Shown: positions 42,551 to 54,481 of the stretch, piece after piece
Layout of the letters: each line of letters starts with the position of its first letter
Position numbering within the stretch: the first letter of the stretch is position 1
DNA from: Octopus vulgaris
Taxonomy: Eukaryota
Direction of reading: 5' to 3'
Assembly (NCBI GenBank): GCA_951406725.2
Contig: OX597833.1
Location: 12,648,001 to 12,712,000 of the forward strand
Length of the DNA: 64,000 nt
Translations under genes and position numbers: made by a program
Notes under the pieces: generated by a model
Told to the model about the DNA's origin: nothing
Databases searched by the model: none
The model's input: the letters and a program-made list of their open reading frames with translations, nothing else

Positions 42551-42819
42551 GGCATTGCGTGGATAGTACAAAATACAAGAGAGAGAGCTGCATACGGATC
42601 GGACTGTTTACAACATAACTTTGAACAATCGAAGACTGGACATGAAATTCTTTGGATATTAACTTATTTGCAAATGGATTGCTAAAATATCAAATATATC
42701 CTTTAATTGACTTATATAAAATGCCTTTGGGTTTCATAATTTCATCTTTGAATGTTAATTCACTGATTTTACAATTCTGTTGTTGCGTTCAGAAGTTCAC
42801 CCCTTTTATACTGAAGAAT

Positions 42820-45800
42820 TTATAATATAATATAATGAAATTATTGTATACAGTGCTTAGGTGCACCACAACTTGTCAAACAGTGCCTATAAAGCACATG
42901 CAGTAATGTACAAATGTCTGGAAAGCAAACAATGCATGAGTCAGATACATGCTTGTGTGTGCATGGAGGGGAGAAAATCAGGTGTAGTGTTGGCAAATCT
43001 CAGAAAGCATGGAAGTTTTGAAGGATGCAGTGCTCCGACAACTAACAACTGATGCCGGCAGTTTGTTCCATGCTTCAGCAACTCTCAGCGTGAAAAAATG
43101 TTTCCCAAAGTCATGGGAGCTATGCTGTTTTCTGACTTTGTAAATAAGTCCACGGGTGTTAGATGGGTGGAGTTTGAAAAGGTGCTCAGAGTTATTGTTT
43201 GTACAATGGTTGATAATTTTATGGGTGTCTGCCAAGTCAGCTGCCAGACATCGGAGTTTCAATGTGTCCATGCCCAGGGATGTAAGGCGTTCAGAATATG
43301 GCAAATGCCTGATGGAGGGTATTCTTTTGGTTGCACGTTGCTGAACGGCTTCCAGACGATTGATATCCTGGGCAAGATAGGGGTTCCAGACCGGTGATGC
43401 AAATTCCAGGTGAGGTCTTACCATAGCTATATAAAGCCGCAGATAGATAGTCAGAGAGCAGCTCACAAAGGATTTGGTGACTGATGCCAAGACACCCTCA
43501 GCCTTCTTGACAATTTTTGCGATGTGTTTTGTCCAACGCAAATCACTGTCAACAATAACACCCAGGTCACGTTCACATGAAGACTTTTTGAGACTAGTGT
43601 TGTGGAGGGAGTAGGTGGACGCTGGGTTTCTCCTCCCAAAATGCATGGTGGTACATTTGTCCACTTGTCCAGCTTGAGTTGCCAGTCCATGATCCACTAC
43701 TGCATTGTGTCCAGGTCTGCTTGCAATAGAGATCTATAGTGTACAGGATCTGACCTCTTTATTTCAAGGTACAGCTTGATGTCATCTGCATATTTCAGCA
43801 CTGTGGCATTCTTTAAGTTGGCATCTATGTCATTAACATATGCAACAAATAAAAGGGGGCCAAGAACAGATCCCTGTGGTAAACCAGATGTCATCTCATA
43901 GGGCGAAGAGTGCTGTCCTAGAACTGTGACAACCTCTTTTTGGACGAAAATAAAGGACTTCAACCAGTTATAGAGTTTGTCTCTTACACCCAACGCAGAG
44001 AGCTTCACCATAAGTCTTTTGTGTGGCACAGAGTTAAAAACCTTAGCAAAGTCCAGGTAAACAACATCCACCCAGGATCCGCGATCAGTGATTTGGGTAA
44101 TGTCCTCAAGAAACTCGATGAGTTGATTACAGCAGCTGGAGTTAGGAATAAATCCAAATTGTGACGGCTGGATGAGGCTGTGAGACTTCCAGAAGTTCCA
44201 GAGGGTTTCCCTGACAGGATTCCATCAGCTTGGCGATGCAGCTAGTAAGACTAACGGGGCGATAGTTGACTGGCGATGTGCGGTCGCCTTTTTTTAACAG
44301 AGGGATAACACTGGCAGTTTTCCACTGTTCTGGAGTAACACCATTGTCAAGACAGAATTGGAAGAATAGAGAAAGTTGGCTTAGAAGAAAGTACCCACCG
44401 CGTTTGAGAAGTAGGTATGTAACACCATCGAGACCAGGAGAGGCATAGTTGCGTTTATTCTTAAGGTGGCGTTGTAGCATTGGTGTAAATTGCATAGTAG
44501 ATATAGAGTCCGATGTCAGTGGTGATGAAGATGGAACATTTTGGTCTTCGACAGTAAAGATGCTGGCATAGCATCCAGCAATGATTTCTGCACATTCTTC
44601 GGGATTGCCAGTAATCTGTCCTGTGTGGGGATTGCAAAGGGGACAACTGGAGAGTGGGGTCTCTGCTTTGAGTGCACATACTTCCAGAACACTTTGCTGT
44701 CAGGGTTAGTTGCAATGTGTTGTTCAAATTCAAGCACTGCCTTTTTTGTCACCTGCTTGAGGTGGTTGGCTGACCTATTACGCTTTTTCCTGTTGCTCTC
44801 TGATTTGTGCAATTTGTATTCCTGTTCAGCATTACGGCGTTCTTTCCTGGCAAGTCGGACTGCTTCAGTCTCCCAAATTGCACTATTGGGTGGTTTTTTG
44901 TGCTTGCGTGGTACTGATGCTGCACATGCCGCCCATATTGAATTCAGAATGTTCTGGAGTATAGTGTCTACATCTCCAGAGGCATAAAATTCGAGCCAGT
45001 TTGGGCGTTGCAGCTCAGTACAATAAGAGCTCCAGTCAAAGCGGGCAGTCTGAAGATGGTTGTGTTTTTTGTTACAACCAATCAGAGACAAGTCAGCCAT
45101 GATCATGGAATGATCAGAGTTACCTAAAGGTTCTTCAGTAGTGACACTAATGATTGTTTCAGGAGAAGCGGTAAGTAGTAGATCCAAAGTGTTGTTGCCC
45201 CTTGTGGGGGAGGTAACGACTTGGGACCAATTTGAATTCAGCACCAGTTCAAGGAAATTGTCTGCACTTTGCGGCCAACGGAAGGCCTCCCAGTCAATCT
45301 CAGGGAAATTGAAGTCGCCCGCAATATAAACATACGCGGCTGTTTTCATGGCAGCAGCTCTGAGGATATCAAAAAGCGGTGCGTCTTGACGATAATTTCG
45401 GGGGAGGGGGGGCGGTAAACAACTCCGAGCAGAAGTGTTGACATGGTCATGTGTATATTGCAGAAAAATACTTCCTGCTGAGATTGGTTCAAATCATCAC
45501 AGGGGATTGCCGATAGATTTGATTGAACATAAATCATCACACCCCCTCCACGGCGATTAATGCGGTCTTTGCGGAACAGGTTGTAGCCGGCTATGCTGAA
45601 AACTCCATCACTGAGTGCAGAGTGTGCCCATGTTTCCGTGACTGTGATGAAATCTGGGTTGATACTTTTGATGTAGGGTCAAAAAGATGCACCTTGTTGC
45701 ATAAACTACGGGCATTCAAGGACAGCAGTTTGTATCTGGATTTCAGATGATGATATACAGGGGATGGCTGATTGTTCTTGGTTAGTTTTCCAAGATTTTT

Positions 45801-46990
45801 GTATTGCCAGTTGTTGTTGTGGGTGCAGTTTGCTCAGTCCAACTGATATCCCTTATCCACGACTCACCAGACTTGACAAATTACCAGATTTGCCCATCAT
45901 TGCGGAGGCTAAAACTCTCCTGTGACACAGAGTTGCAATTTAGGGAAGCTACAGATCTTAGCTTTGGGCATACATCAGGTGGGAGGCCAGGACGTGTTCT
46001 AAAGTTGATTATGTTGTCACGTCGAGCTCTATCAGCAGCCAGATGGAATGTCCACGCCTCAGTAAAGTTTGTAAACATCAGCCTGGGTTTGGATCCTGGT
46101 CGGCCAAGGCAGAAAGCACTTTTTGGGGGGGACACAGCTGAGGTCCTTAGATGTGTTTCCAATGAATGCCTGCAGATCTACCACATCTTCCGGCACTCCG
46201 ATGGCTATTAATTCATGAGTGGCTGGTTCAGCAACTCCCTCGATGCGTTGAGGTTCCGTACAAGCTACATGTAGGTTGCTGAGCAAGGCATTCCGATATG
46301 ACCCCTCGCTGTGAGTTTTCGTACAAACACTGGTTCTGATTCCTGCTATTTCACGACTCAAAGCAGAAATCATTCGTCTAATTTCTGCAACTTCTGTGCT
46401 GATGGTCGATTTCCGCTTTAGTTGGGAAGCATCAGGAGAGGAGGGCATGGTTGGCTTTTGTTCCTGCTGATGTACTTGGGCTGGAATGATCAATTTTTGT
46501 TGTCGAAGAGCAATAGGAGAGGAAGACACAGGGGGCTTAAGTTTCTGTTTTTGTTGATGTTCTTCAACAGGAATGGTCGATTTTTGTTGCTGCTGTTGAA
46601 GAGTGACAGGGGGGGAAGACACGGGCGGATTCAGTTTTTGCTGTTGTTCTTCATCAACAGGACTGGTTTTGGGAGACAAAGTAGTCGGTTTTTGCTGTTC
46701 AGCAGCAATGGTGGCAGGGGACACACAAGTCAGGCGCTGAAACGACCAGTTTGGTAGCTGGACCATTTCCCAGAGTTTATCCGTCATAGAAGTATGGTGT
46801 CCTTTCTTTTGACCTGGGATCTTCTGAAAGTTTGTGGCACATTGAAAGCAGATCGAAACACAACATTTACTGCATTCAACCCATCTGTTTCGGAAGGAAT
46901 TTTCGAGTTTTGTGCATAGATGACAGATGAAATTTCTTGGCGATTTTCTAGGAGCTTAAAAAGCACATGTTGATCAGAGGCGGCCGTTCA
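42820..46990 (-). mobile_element. Near full-length CR1/L2-clade LINE, frameshifted (ORF1 + APE endonuclease + RT)
   Basis: EN motifs VVYRPP, AGDFNFPEIDW, LDLLLT, SDH; RT motifs NYRPVSLTS, YLDFAKVFNSVPH, GLPQGSVLGPLLF, YADDIKL, VRPHLEFASPVWNP, WNKLP; ORF1 pieces 45881-46966; (ATTAT)n tail. Confidence 0.93.
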
Positions 46991-47129
46991 ATATTAATAT
47001 ATTATTGTGACTAGAAGTGAAATAACTTGGCAAAATAAGAATGCAAATTATCCTATCTTTCTTACAAAGCTTCTCTTAATCTTTTTCGTTCAACAGAATT
47101 TCTACGGGTTCCATAAATAAAGATAACCT

Positions 47130-47522
47130 CTCTATATATATAAAGCTGAAGTTGTCTGTGTATGGCAGGTTTGGTAGCCTTCAACTAACACTATCTCCTC
47201 CGAGACCCTGCGGTGCAAGTTGACCAAAATTGAGAGTATGATAGAAGACGGCTTGCTCTTCATTCCGTACAAGAAAAAATTCAAATTGGACCATGTTAAC
47301 ACCAAAAATTATTTACATCAAAAAGGTGCTTTTTTTTTCTATGAAAATCCCTATTTTTTACCATTTTTTCACTGCTGTGTTGCCATTTTTCGGTATATTT
47401 CAACCAGAAAAATGTGCACCTAAAGAGAATAACAAGCTACATAATGCAAAATTTTTACTTTTCAAAAATTCCAATTCTAATGGGTCGAAACAAACCCGAG
47501 CAATGCCGGGCAATACTGCTAG
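47130..47522 (+). mobile_element. Non-autonomous Helitron-like element
   Basis: 5' TC(TA)nAAAGCTGAAGTTGTCTG, 3' hairpin CCCG...CGGG then CTAG; reverse copy at 56710-57085, 5' fragment at 457-545. Confidence 0.75.
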
Positions 47523-47653
47523 GGCATAATATAAAAATTTGATCATTGAATGCCCAATGAGTTACCCCGCCTGAAATCCGATGCTAAAGGGGAGATAATT
47601 CTGGAAACCGGTGTTGGTAACCTTTTCAAGGACTTGTTAAAAGATCTTAAAAC

Positions 47654-47947
47654 ATGAATAGTGTCAAACAATTACGTTTATTTGTCGGCAATTTGCCTTG
47701 GACTGTGGGCAAGCAGCAACTGAAGGACTACTTCTCCAAGTTTGGTGGCGTCCGCAATAGTAATGTGATGTTCAATCGAAGAACTGGTATGAGCCGTGGA
47801 TTTGGTTTTGTTCAGTTCGCCTCGAAAGATGGTTATAACGCTGCCATCTCCCAGGAATCTCATTCCTTGGACAACACCAACTTAATTGTGGCCAGTGAAA
47901 CTTCACGGCGACTTAGGCTTCAGGACATGGAGGCAGAAACAGACTAA
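47654..47947 (+). CDS. SLIRP: SLIRP-like single-RRM mitochondrial RNA-binding protein, intronless ORF
   Basis: RNP2 LFVGNLPWTV and RNP1 RGFGFVQF in a 97-aa RRM-only protein; the LPWTV signature is typical of invertebrate SLIRP; aaacATG context. Confidence 0.82.
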   Translation: MNSVKQLRLFVGNLPWTVGKQQLKDYFSKFGGVRNSNVMFNRRTGMSRGFGFVQFASKDGYNAAISQESHSLDNTNLIVASETSRRLRLQDMEAETD

Positions 47948-48436
47948 AACTCACATATATCTATCTATATATATATATCTTACACCCTACAGTTTAAACA
48001 TTTTGTCAGAAAAAGAGAGAGAGTAATTCATTTGTAGTGAAAAGTCAAATGTGAACTGAATATTTCCATCATTTCACGATACGCTAATAACATATTGAAC
48101 AAATGCCTTTTGCTTTTTACTATATTAATACAATCCCAATTACTCGACTCCTTGAATTCTAGTGATAAACAACCAGACCCACGTGCTTGAAATGGCTGTA
48201 ATTCATGGGGAAAATACTTGCATAAGACTTTACGATGGATTATAAATTGGTCATTATTTGTTGAATGCTATAAATGTCTTGTAGACTTTTGTTTTCACAT
48301 GTATTTTTTATCTTTGATTTTTCATTTATTATTTTTTGTTGTTTCAAACAATGTTGTATATTACAGTGTTCTTAGAAATTCTCCTCCACCGAGTCTCTGC
48401 ATGATATTTGTGATGGATGTTTTATTTAATATAAGG

Positions 48437-48714
48437 AGCATTCTTTCGATATAACTCGACAAAATCAAAACATTTCACTTCGGGGTATTTCCATGGGTTG
48501 TGGAGTATAGGTATAACGAAATTATGCCAGCAATGTCTCATTTTAAACTCGAAGAGAAAAAAAAATGCTTTTATATTTGTTCTTAACTGTTTCATGTGTG
48601 TTTGTAAAATCCGCAAATTTCCAAGCAGAAAACAGAACCGAACTGTCATTTGCTTCCACGGAAATAGACGAAGTGAAATGTTTTGATTTTGTCGAGTTAT
48701 ATCGAAAGAATGCC
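48437..48714. mobile_element. MITE with about 45-bp TIRs and 8-bp TSD (Merlin-like)
   Basis: GCATTCTTTCGATATAACTCGACAAAATCAAAACATTTCACTTCG inverted at both ends; TSD ATATAAGG. Confidence 0.85.
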
Positions 48715-48768
48715 ATATAAGGTATAAAACTTGTATTTCTATACACAGTTCCGACTTGTGGCTATTCA

Positions 48769-49006
48769 GATACTACTAGCGAACAGTGGTCCCGGTGCGC
48801 GTATGTTTGTATTTCAAGGCTGAATACATATCAAAGAAAATTAAATAATATTTTTCGAACAAAGTAAATAAAACGCAAAGTAAATAATTTTTTAAACTAA
48901 GTAAATAAATTATTATTATAAACAAAGGTTAGGGTTAAAAAGTCGTTGTAGGATCGACTAGCTTGCGCGAGTGCGCGCACCGGGACCACTGTTCGTTAGT
49001 AGTACC
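48769..49006. mobile_element. MITE with 9-bp TSD (Merlin/Mutator-like)
   Basis: TIR TACTACTA.CGAACAGTGGTCCCGGTGCGCG; TSD GGCTATTCA. Confidence 0.85.
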
Positions 49007-50148
49007 GGCTATTCAATTGCATTCCTTTGCATACTAAAGTTAAAATCCCAACAAAGGTCCCGATGCATCTACGTAACCCCCTAAACCCGGCATTCCTTCT
49101 AACCTTAACCCTTACTAGAGTGCACTGTGATAACATCGTTACGTAGATGCATCGGGATCTGTGTATTTAAGCAGTGCCAAAATCCTTCCCAGGTCAGTTT
49201 TGGCTTTCGTCCTTTCGGAGTCAGAAACGATGAACTAAAAGTATCAGCAGAGAGGTGTTAGAATATACCACCGTATATCGAAAGATCGCCGAATGTCTTT
49301 TATATTCCTATAAAACAGTGCCCTGCGAATGTTATAATTCATATAGAATTTCTTAGCTTTAACGATTGTGGATGAAATAATATCAGAAATAGGGGTATAT
49401 TTAAATTAAAATTCGATTTTACGATTCGCTTAATTAAGTATTGTCATTCGGTGCTTGTTGGAAATATGGATATTAGTTTCGAAACGAAGAACCAGAATAA
49501 GAGATTAACGAAATGAAACGAACTCCTATTTTAACATTCTTTTTAACTGGAAGTAACATTTTGAAAGTAAAAATAAGGAAATGGAAAAGTCTGACACAGA
49601 AAACCAAACAACGAAATATAGTTTTGTTTATATATATATATTACGTTATATAATTAGGGTTCAGTAAAAAAAAAAATTACTTTACCACACACCGAACTTT
49701 TAGAAATAGCAGCCAAAAAATTTAGCTATTTCCTCTACTATAAGAAGACTCTTCTAATAGTAGAGGAAATAGCTAAAGAACCCTAATTATATAACGCAAT
49801 GTTTTAAATATACCGTAAATGGTCTTTTTACACACTGCTTGATAAAATTATTAATTAATAATTAATTAATTTTACCCTTTTATTATTGACAGTATATATA
49901 TATAAATATATATATATATATTTATATATATAAGGATAGGATCGTTAATTTAAAAATAAAACAACGATTTTATCAAGTGGTCAGCATGGAAAAAATAACC
50001 TTCATAAGTACTAATTATTAAGATTATAAATTAGGGTATCTACGAGATACCACCATGCTGAAAATAGCAGCCATGATCTGACTCTACTTTTAGAGTCAGG
50101 TCATGGCTGCTATTTTCAGCATGGTGGTATTTCGTAGATACTCTAATT

Positions 50149-50358
50149 CAGTGCTTTTCAAACTTTTTGCTGGAGCGGAACCCCAAGGAAACATTCCACT
50201 GGCTCGAGGAACCCCTGTGCAATAATTTAATAGTCTTATGCACACATATCTGCACAGGAGAATTAAAAATTACTGCCGTTTTGTAACTTCTGGCGGAACC
50301 CCTGGACTGTACTGGCGGAAACCCTAAGGTTTCGCAGAACCCTGGTTGAAAACCACTG
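50149..50358 (-). mobile_element. hAT MITE nested in a foldback element
   Basis: reverse copy of 14756-14974; imperfect TSD CTCTAATT/CCCTGATT. Confidence 0.85.
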
Positions 50359-50944
50359 CCCTGATTTATAATTTTATATATGGCGTAACTTCGGTATAGG
50401 TACCGGAAGTACCGGATACATTTCAAGAGTTTCGTTTTATATATATGGGGGGTTAGGGTTAGGGATGGGAGACAAGGGTTTCTGTTATCTTCAGAAATGT
50501 AAACAAAGCCACTTACGGTACCTATACCCTTCGAATTCAAAAGCAGCTGCTGTTAGAATTCTGGTTTAAGTACCCCATGTAACTCATATTATTTTGGGGA
50601 ATTTTCAGATAATGTTTACGAATTTGTGTTCTACGCACGGGAATCATTACGATTCTGAAAAAAAAACAAAACAATTCTAATCCCTCCAAATCAAAAATCC
50701 CAGTCTTATAAATTAAAAAAAAATTACTGACAATCTGAATTTTTTGCTTAAATCCCAGGAATAGACTGCCATTAGGTGCATCATCATTCCATTAAATGTG
50801 TTTATGAGAAGATAAATATTGAAAAACATCAATACATGTCAGGCAAAGAAACAAGGAAGATATCAGGTGGTCGTGGGATGTACTAAAAACACCAGCCAAT
50901 CACACACCAAAATATTCCACCAAAAATTTATACATAATATGAGG

Positions 50945-51169
50945 GGTACTACTTGAGAACAGAGATCCCGGTGCGTGCACTAGCGTAGTCGTGCATCCAT
51001 GCTAGCTAGTCGTGACTAGTCGATCCTACGACGACGACCTATCAAAGTAAATAAAACACAAAATAATTAAATTTTTTTAAATACAGTAAATAATACAAAA
51101 ACACAAAGTAAAGATCGACTAGTCATGACTATCTAGCGCGCACTGGGACCGCTGTTCTCAGGTAGTACC
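50945..51169. mobile_element. MITE with 9-bp TSD, related to 48769-49006
   Basis: GGTACTAC...GTAGTACC termini; TSD AATATGAGG. Confidence 0.85.
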
Positions 51170-51331
51170 AATATGAGGTTAGTATACAACTAAAAGATGC
51201 AATTTGGAATGGTACTGAGTCAAAGTACTATTGATGTTCTATTCATAGATAACTTGTAACAAGTTTTGAGCTCAGAGTAAGCCTCTCTGTCAGGCATTAG
51301 TTGATATGTAGTCTGGAAGGGGTGTCTTTAA

Positions 51332-51552
51332 CCCTTTAGCATTCAGATTATTCTGTCAAATGTAAAGCTTATGTATTCACACCATGTAAAATTAATCTTG
51401 CATCATTTCATGGCTTTGAGATTTCAATGATGTGATTGTTTATTTTTAAAAATGACACAATAGGGTAGCTATAAATGACCATATCTGACTAGTTTGAACA
51501 TAAAATAGGTAGAATATTTTGGCCAGATAGGGCCGGTTTAAACACTAAAGGG
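51332..51552. mobile_element. piggyBac-like MITE, family 2
   Basis: TTAA TSD, CCCTTTAG/CTAAAGGG TIRs. Confidence 0.82.
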
Positions 51553-51698
51553 TTAAGAAAACTGTATATATGAGTGACTTGTGAGAACTGTGTAAGCTAT
51601 GTACAGAAATGCTGTTGGAAATGAGTTCTGTGAGGAATTTAGCATGCCAGTCGGTTTCCATCGGGGTTTGATTTTTCAATCCCCCTCTTATTACAGTA

Positions 51699-52060
51699 CT
51701 AGCAGTATGACCCAGCATTGCCGGGTCATAGTGCATGCATATACAGCTGCGTGCATGCGCACATACACGCGAGTACTGTCCAAATCTCCGACCAACCACA
51801 TACAGCTAGCTGACATTCAATTGGCGTATCAAGTTTTGGGCATTTTGATTGGGTTTGGGATAGAAACTTCACAAAAAAGTCACTTCTATTGATTTTTTTT
51901 CATGGCTTTGCGGGGTGACTGGGGAAATGTAAAGATGTGCACGACCACCCTTGGATGGTTTTGAATGACCATAGAAAGTGCGAGCCCTCTAACTGAAAAA
52001 TTGGATTTGTATAAAGGACATATGCACAGACAGACATTTTGCCGTTTATATATATAGAGA
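51699..52060 (-). mobile_element. Helitron-like element, second family
   Basis: CTAGCAGTATGACCCAGCATTGCCGGGT terminal hairpin at one end and TTTATATATATAGA at the other. Confidence 0.6.
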
Positions 52061-52619
52061 TTCCATCTACAATAGAAGAGTTTTGTTACCAACCCAGCCT
52101 CTGTAGTACAAATGTCTTATTTTCATAAGTTTTGCATCAAAATACACCACCAAACCTTAGTTGCAATTTATATTCCTAACACTAGCTTAATGATAATTAA
52201 GTTATTTTACTAAATTCTTTGTTATATTTAAAATAATTGAAAGAAACACAGAGCATCTCAACAGAAATACAGTAATGAAAGGGTTAAGACCAGATATCAA
52301 TTGGAACTATTATCATCATCATCATCGTTTAACATCCGTTTTCCATGCTAGCATGGGTTGGACGGTTCGACCGGGGTCTGGGAAGTCAGGAGGCTGCACC
52401 AGGCTCCAGTCTGATCTGGCAGTGTTTCTACAGCTGGATGCTCTTCCTAACGCCAACCACTCCGTGAGTGTAGTGAGTGTTTTTTACGTGTCACCAGCAC
52501 AGGTGCCAGGGGAGCTGGTAACGGCCACGATCGGTTGGTGCTTTTTACGTGCCACCAGCACGGAAGCCAGTCAAGGTGGCGCTGGCATCGACCACTACGG
52601 ATGGTGCCTTTTGTGCTGG

Positions 52620-53240
52620 TAGAGTAAACACTAACAATATGCAGACAATAGTCTCCTTCAAATGCTCAGATGGATTATTAGAAGTAGTAGGTAGCTTCTG
52701 TTACCTAGGAGACCAAGTTAGCAGTGGGGCAGGAAGATCTGAAAGTATAGTTGCTAGGACAAGAATGGGATGGCGGAAAAGATCAGGGAGCTTTTACTTT
52801 TGTTGGTAACTAAGGGCCTCTCCCTCAGAGTGAAAGGCAGATTGTATGATGCCTGTGTATGTACAGCTATGCTGCATGGCAGTGAGACATGAGGTTTTGA
52901 CTACAGAGGGCTTGAAAGAAATGAAGCGAGCATGCTCTGCTGGATGGGTAATGTCGGTGTGCATGCATGACAAAGTGTAAATGATTTATGAGAAAATCTG
53001 GGCATAAGAGGCATCAGATGTGTGCAAGAGAGAAGGCTATACTGGTTTGGTCATGTGATGCATATGAATGAGGACAGTTGTGTGGAGAAGTGCTGAGTTC
53101 TAATTATGGAGGGTACTTGTGGAAGGGGTAGATGTAGGACAAAGTGGTTTGAAAGGATCTTCAGATGCTGGGCCTCACTGAGGAAGTGACAAAGGACCAG
53201 GAGAGGTTGTGATTTTCTGTACTTGATAAAGTATGTCACG
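52620..53240 (+). mobile_element. RTE-clade LINE RT C-terminal fragment
   Basis: LEVVGSFCYLGDQVSSG...RVKGRLYDACV.TAMLHGSET...RRLYWFGHVM. Confidence 0.8.
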
Positions 53241-53417
53241 CTGAGTAAAATCGCTGTCTTCTACAGGTTCAGGCTTGTCCTGTCAGGTGCCAGTGCCACT
53301 TAAAAAGCATTTGTGCCAGTGCTGCATTAATCCACCCATGCCCATGGCACATAAAAGCACCCAACACACTTGAAGTTTTTAAAAATTTTCACCAAATTAT
53401 TTTTTAAAATGTAGTTG

Positions 53418-53844
53418 GGATCTTTTCGGTTTGGACGGCAGTTTTTTAAAATAATTCCCACGTAACTGAACACTTTTAAACTTCGTATACTGGTAGAATG
53501 TCTTTATAAAACATCTTTTTCTCTTGGCTGTATTGAGAAAATTCTAGAGTTTGTAAGATATTTTTCTTCAGAAATGTAAATAAACCCAATCTGTTTCTTA
53601 AACGGACATATTCATACGGCACAGAATGGTTTTATTTTTTACCTCAATAGACGTCATTGATTGGTTGAAATTGCAGAAATTGAAGAAAAAAAAACAACAA
53701 ATATCTTACAAACTATAGAATGTTCTCAATAAAGCCAAGAGAAAAAGATGTTTTATAAACACATTCTACCAGTATACGAAGTTTAAAAGTGTTTAGTTAC
53801 GTGGAAATTATTTTAAAAAACTGCCGTTCAAACCGAAAAGATCC
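53418..53844. mobile_element. MITE with about 145-bp TIRs directly upstream of ISCA2
   Basis: GGATCTTTTCGGTTTG...CAAACCGAAAAGATCC long inverted arms. Confidence 0.85.
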
Positions 53845-54010
53845 AAGAACGCTTCAGCGTTATTTGAACCCAAAACGCAACGAGCCGGTGAAAGCCAGTA
53901 AACGTTTTAACCGGCGCGAGCAATTCTGTAGAATCATCGGATTCGTCAATTAATTCCCTTGTTGACCTCTCTTATGTCATAAAATACATAAACATCCGAA
54001 ACCAAACAAC

Positions 54011-54481
54011 ATGGCTCGGCTCTTGAAGTCCGCGAATCGTTTCCTTGTGAAGCCTTTAGTTGACCAAACATCGTTCGTTTTAAAGTCTTCTTCGCGGTTA
54101 GCTCAATCCTCTGTGTCCGATGCCTCCGTTACGCCCAATAAATCGAACGATCACGAAAATACAGTCATCATAACCGACTCCTGTGTTAACAGACTCAAAA
54201 GACTCGGCGACGATTCGATCTTGCGTGTTTCTGTGGAAGGCGGCGGTTGTTCGGGGTTCCAGACGAAATTCGACCTTGTTGAGACCATCGAAAGTGATGA
54301 CAAGGTGTTTGAGAAAGATGGTGTGAAAGTCATCATCGACAGCGATTCTCTATCGTTCTTGACGGGTTCCACTATAGACTACGAAGAAGAACTAATCCGC
54401 AGCTCCTTTACTGTTGCCAAAAACCCACAGGCAGACCAAAGTTGTTCCTGTGGAGTTTCTTTCTCACTTAAGGACCTCTGA
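54011..54481 (+). CDS. ISCA2: Iron-sulfur cluster assembly 2 homolog, mitochondrial (A-type carrier), intronless ORF
   Basis: LRVSVEGGGCSGFQ and CSCGVSF motifs, IDYEEELIRSSF, Arg/Ser-rich N-terminal presequence. Confidence 0.93.
   Translation: MARLLKSANRFLVKPLVDQTSFVLKSSSRLAQSSVSDASVTPNKSNDHENTVIITDSCVNRLKRLGDDSILRVSVEGGGCSGFQTKFDLVETIESDDKVFEKDGVKVIIDSDSLSFLTGSTIDYEEELIRSSFTVAKNPQADQSCSCGVSFSLKDL

Noticed and set aside
50452-50464. TTAGGG repeats suggesting interstitial telomere
   Set aside because: Only two units, located inside a TIR element.
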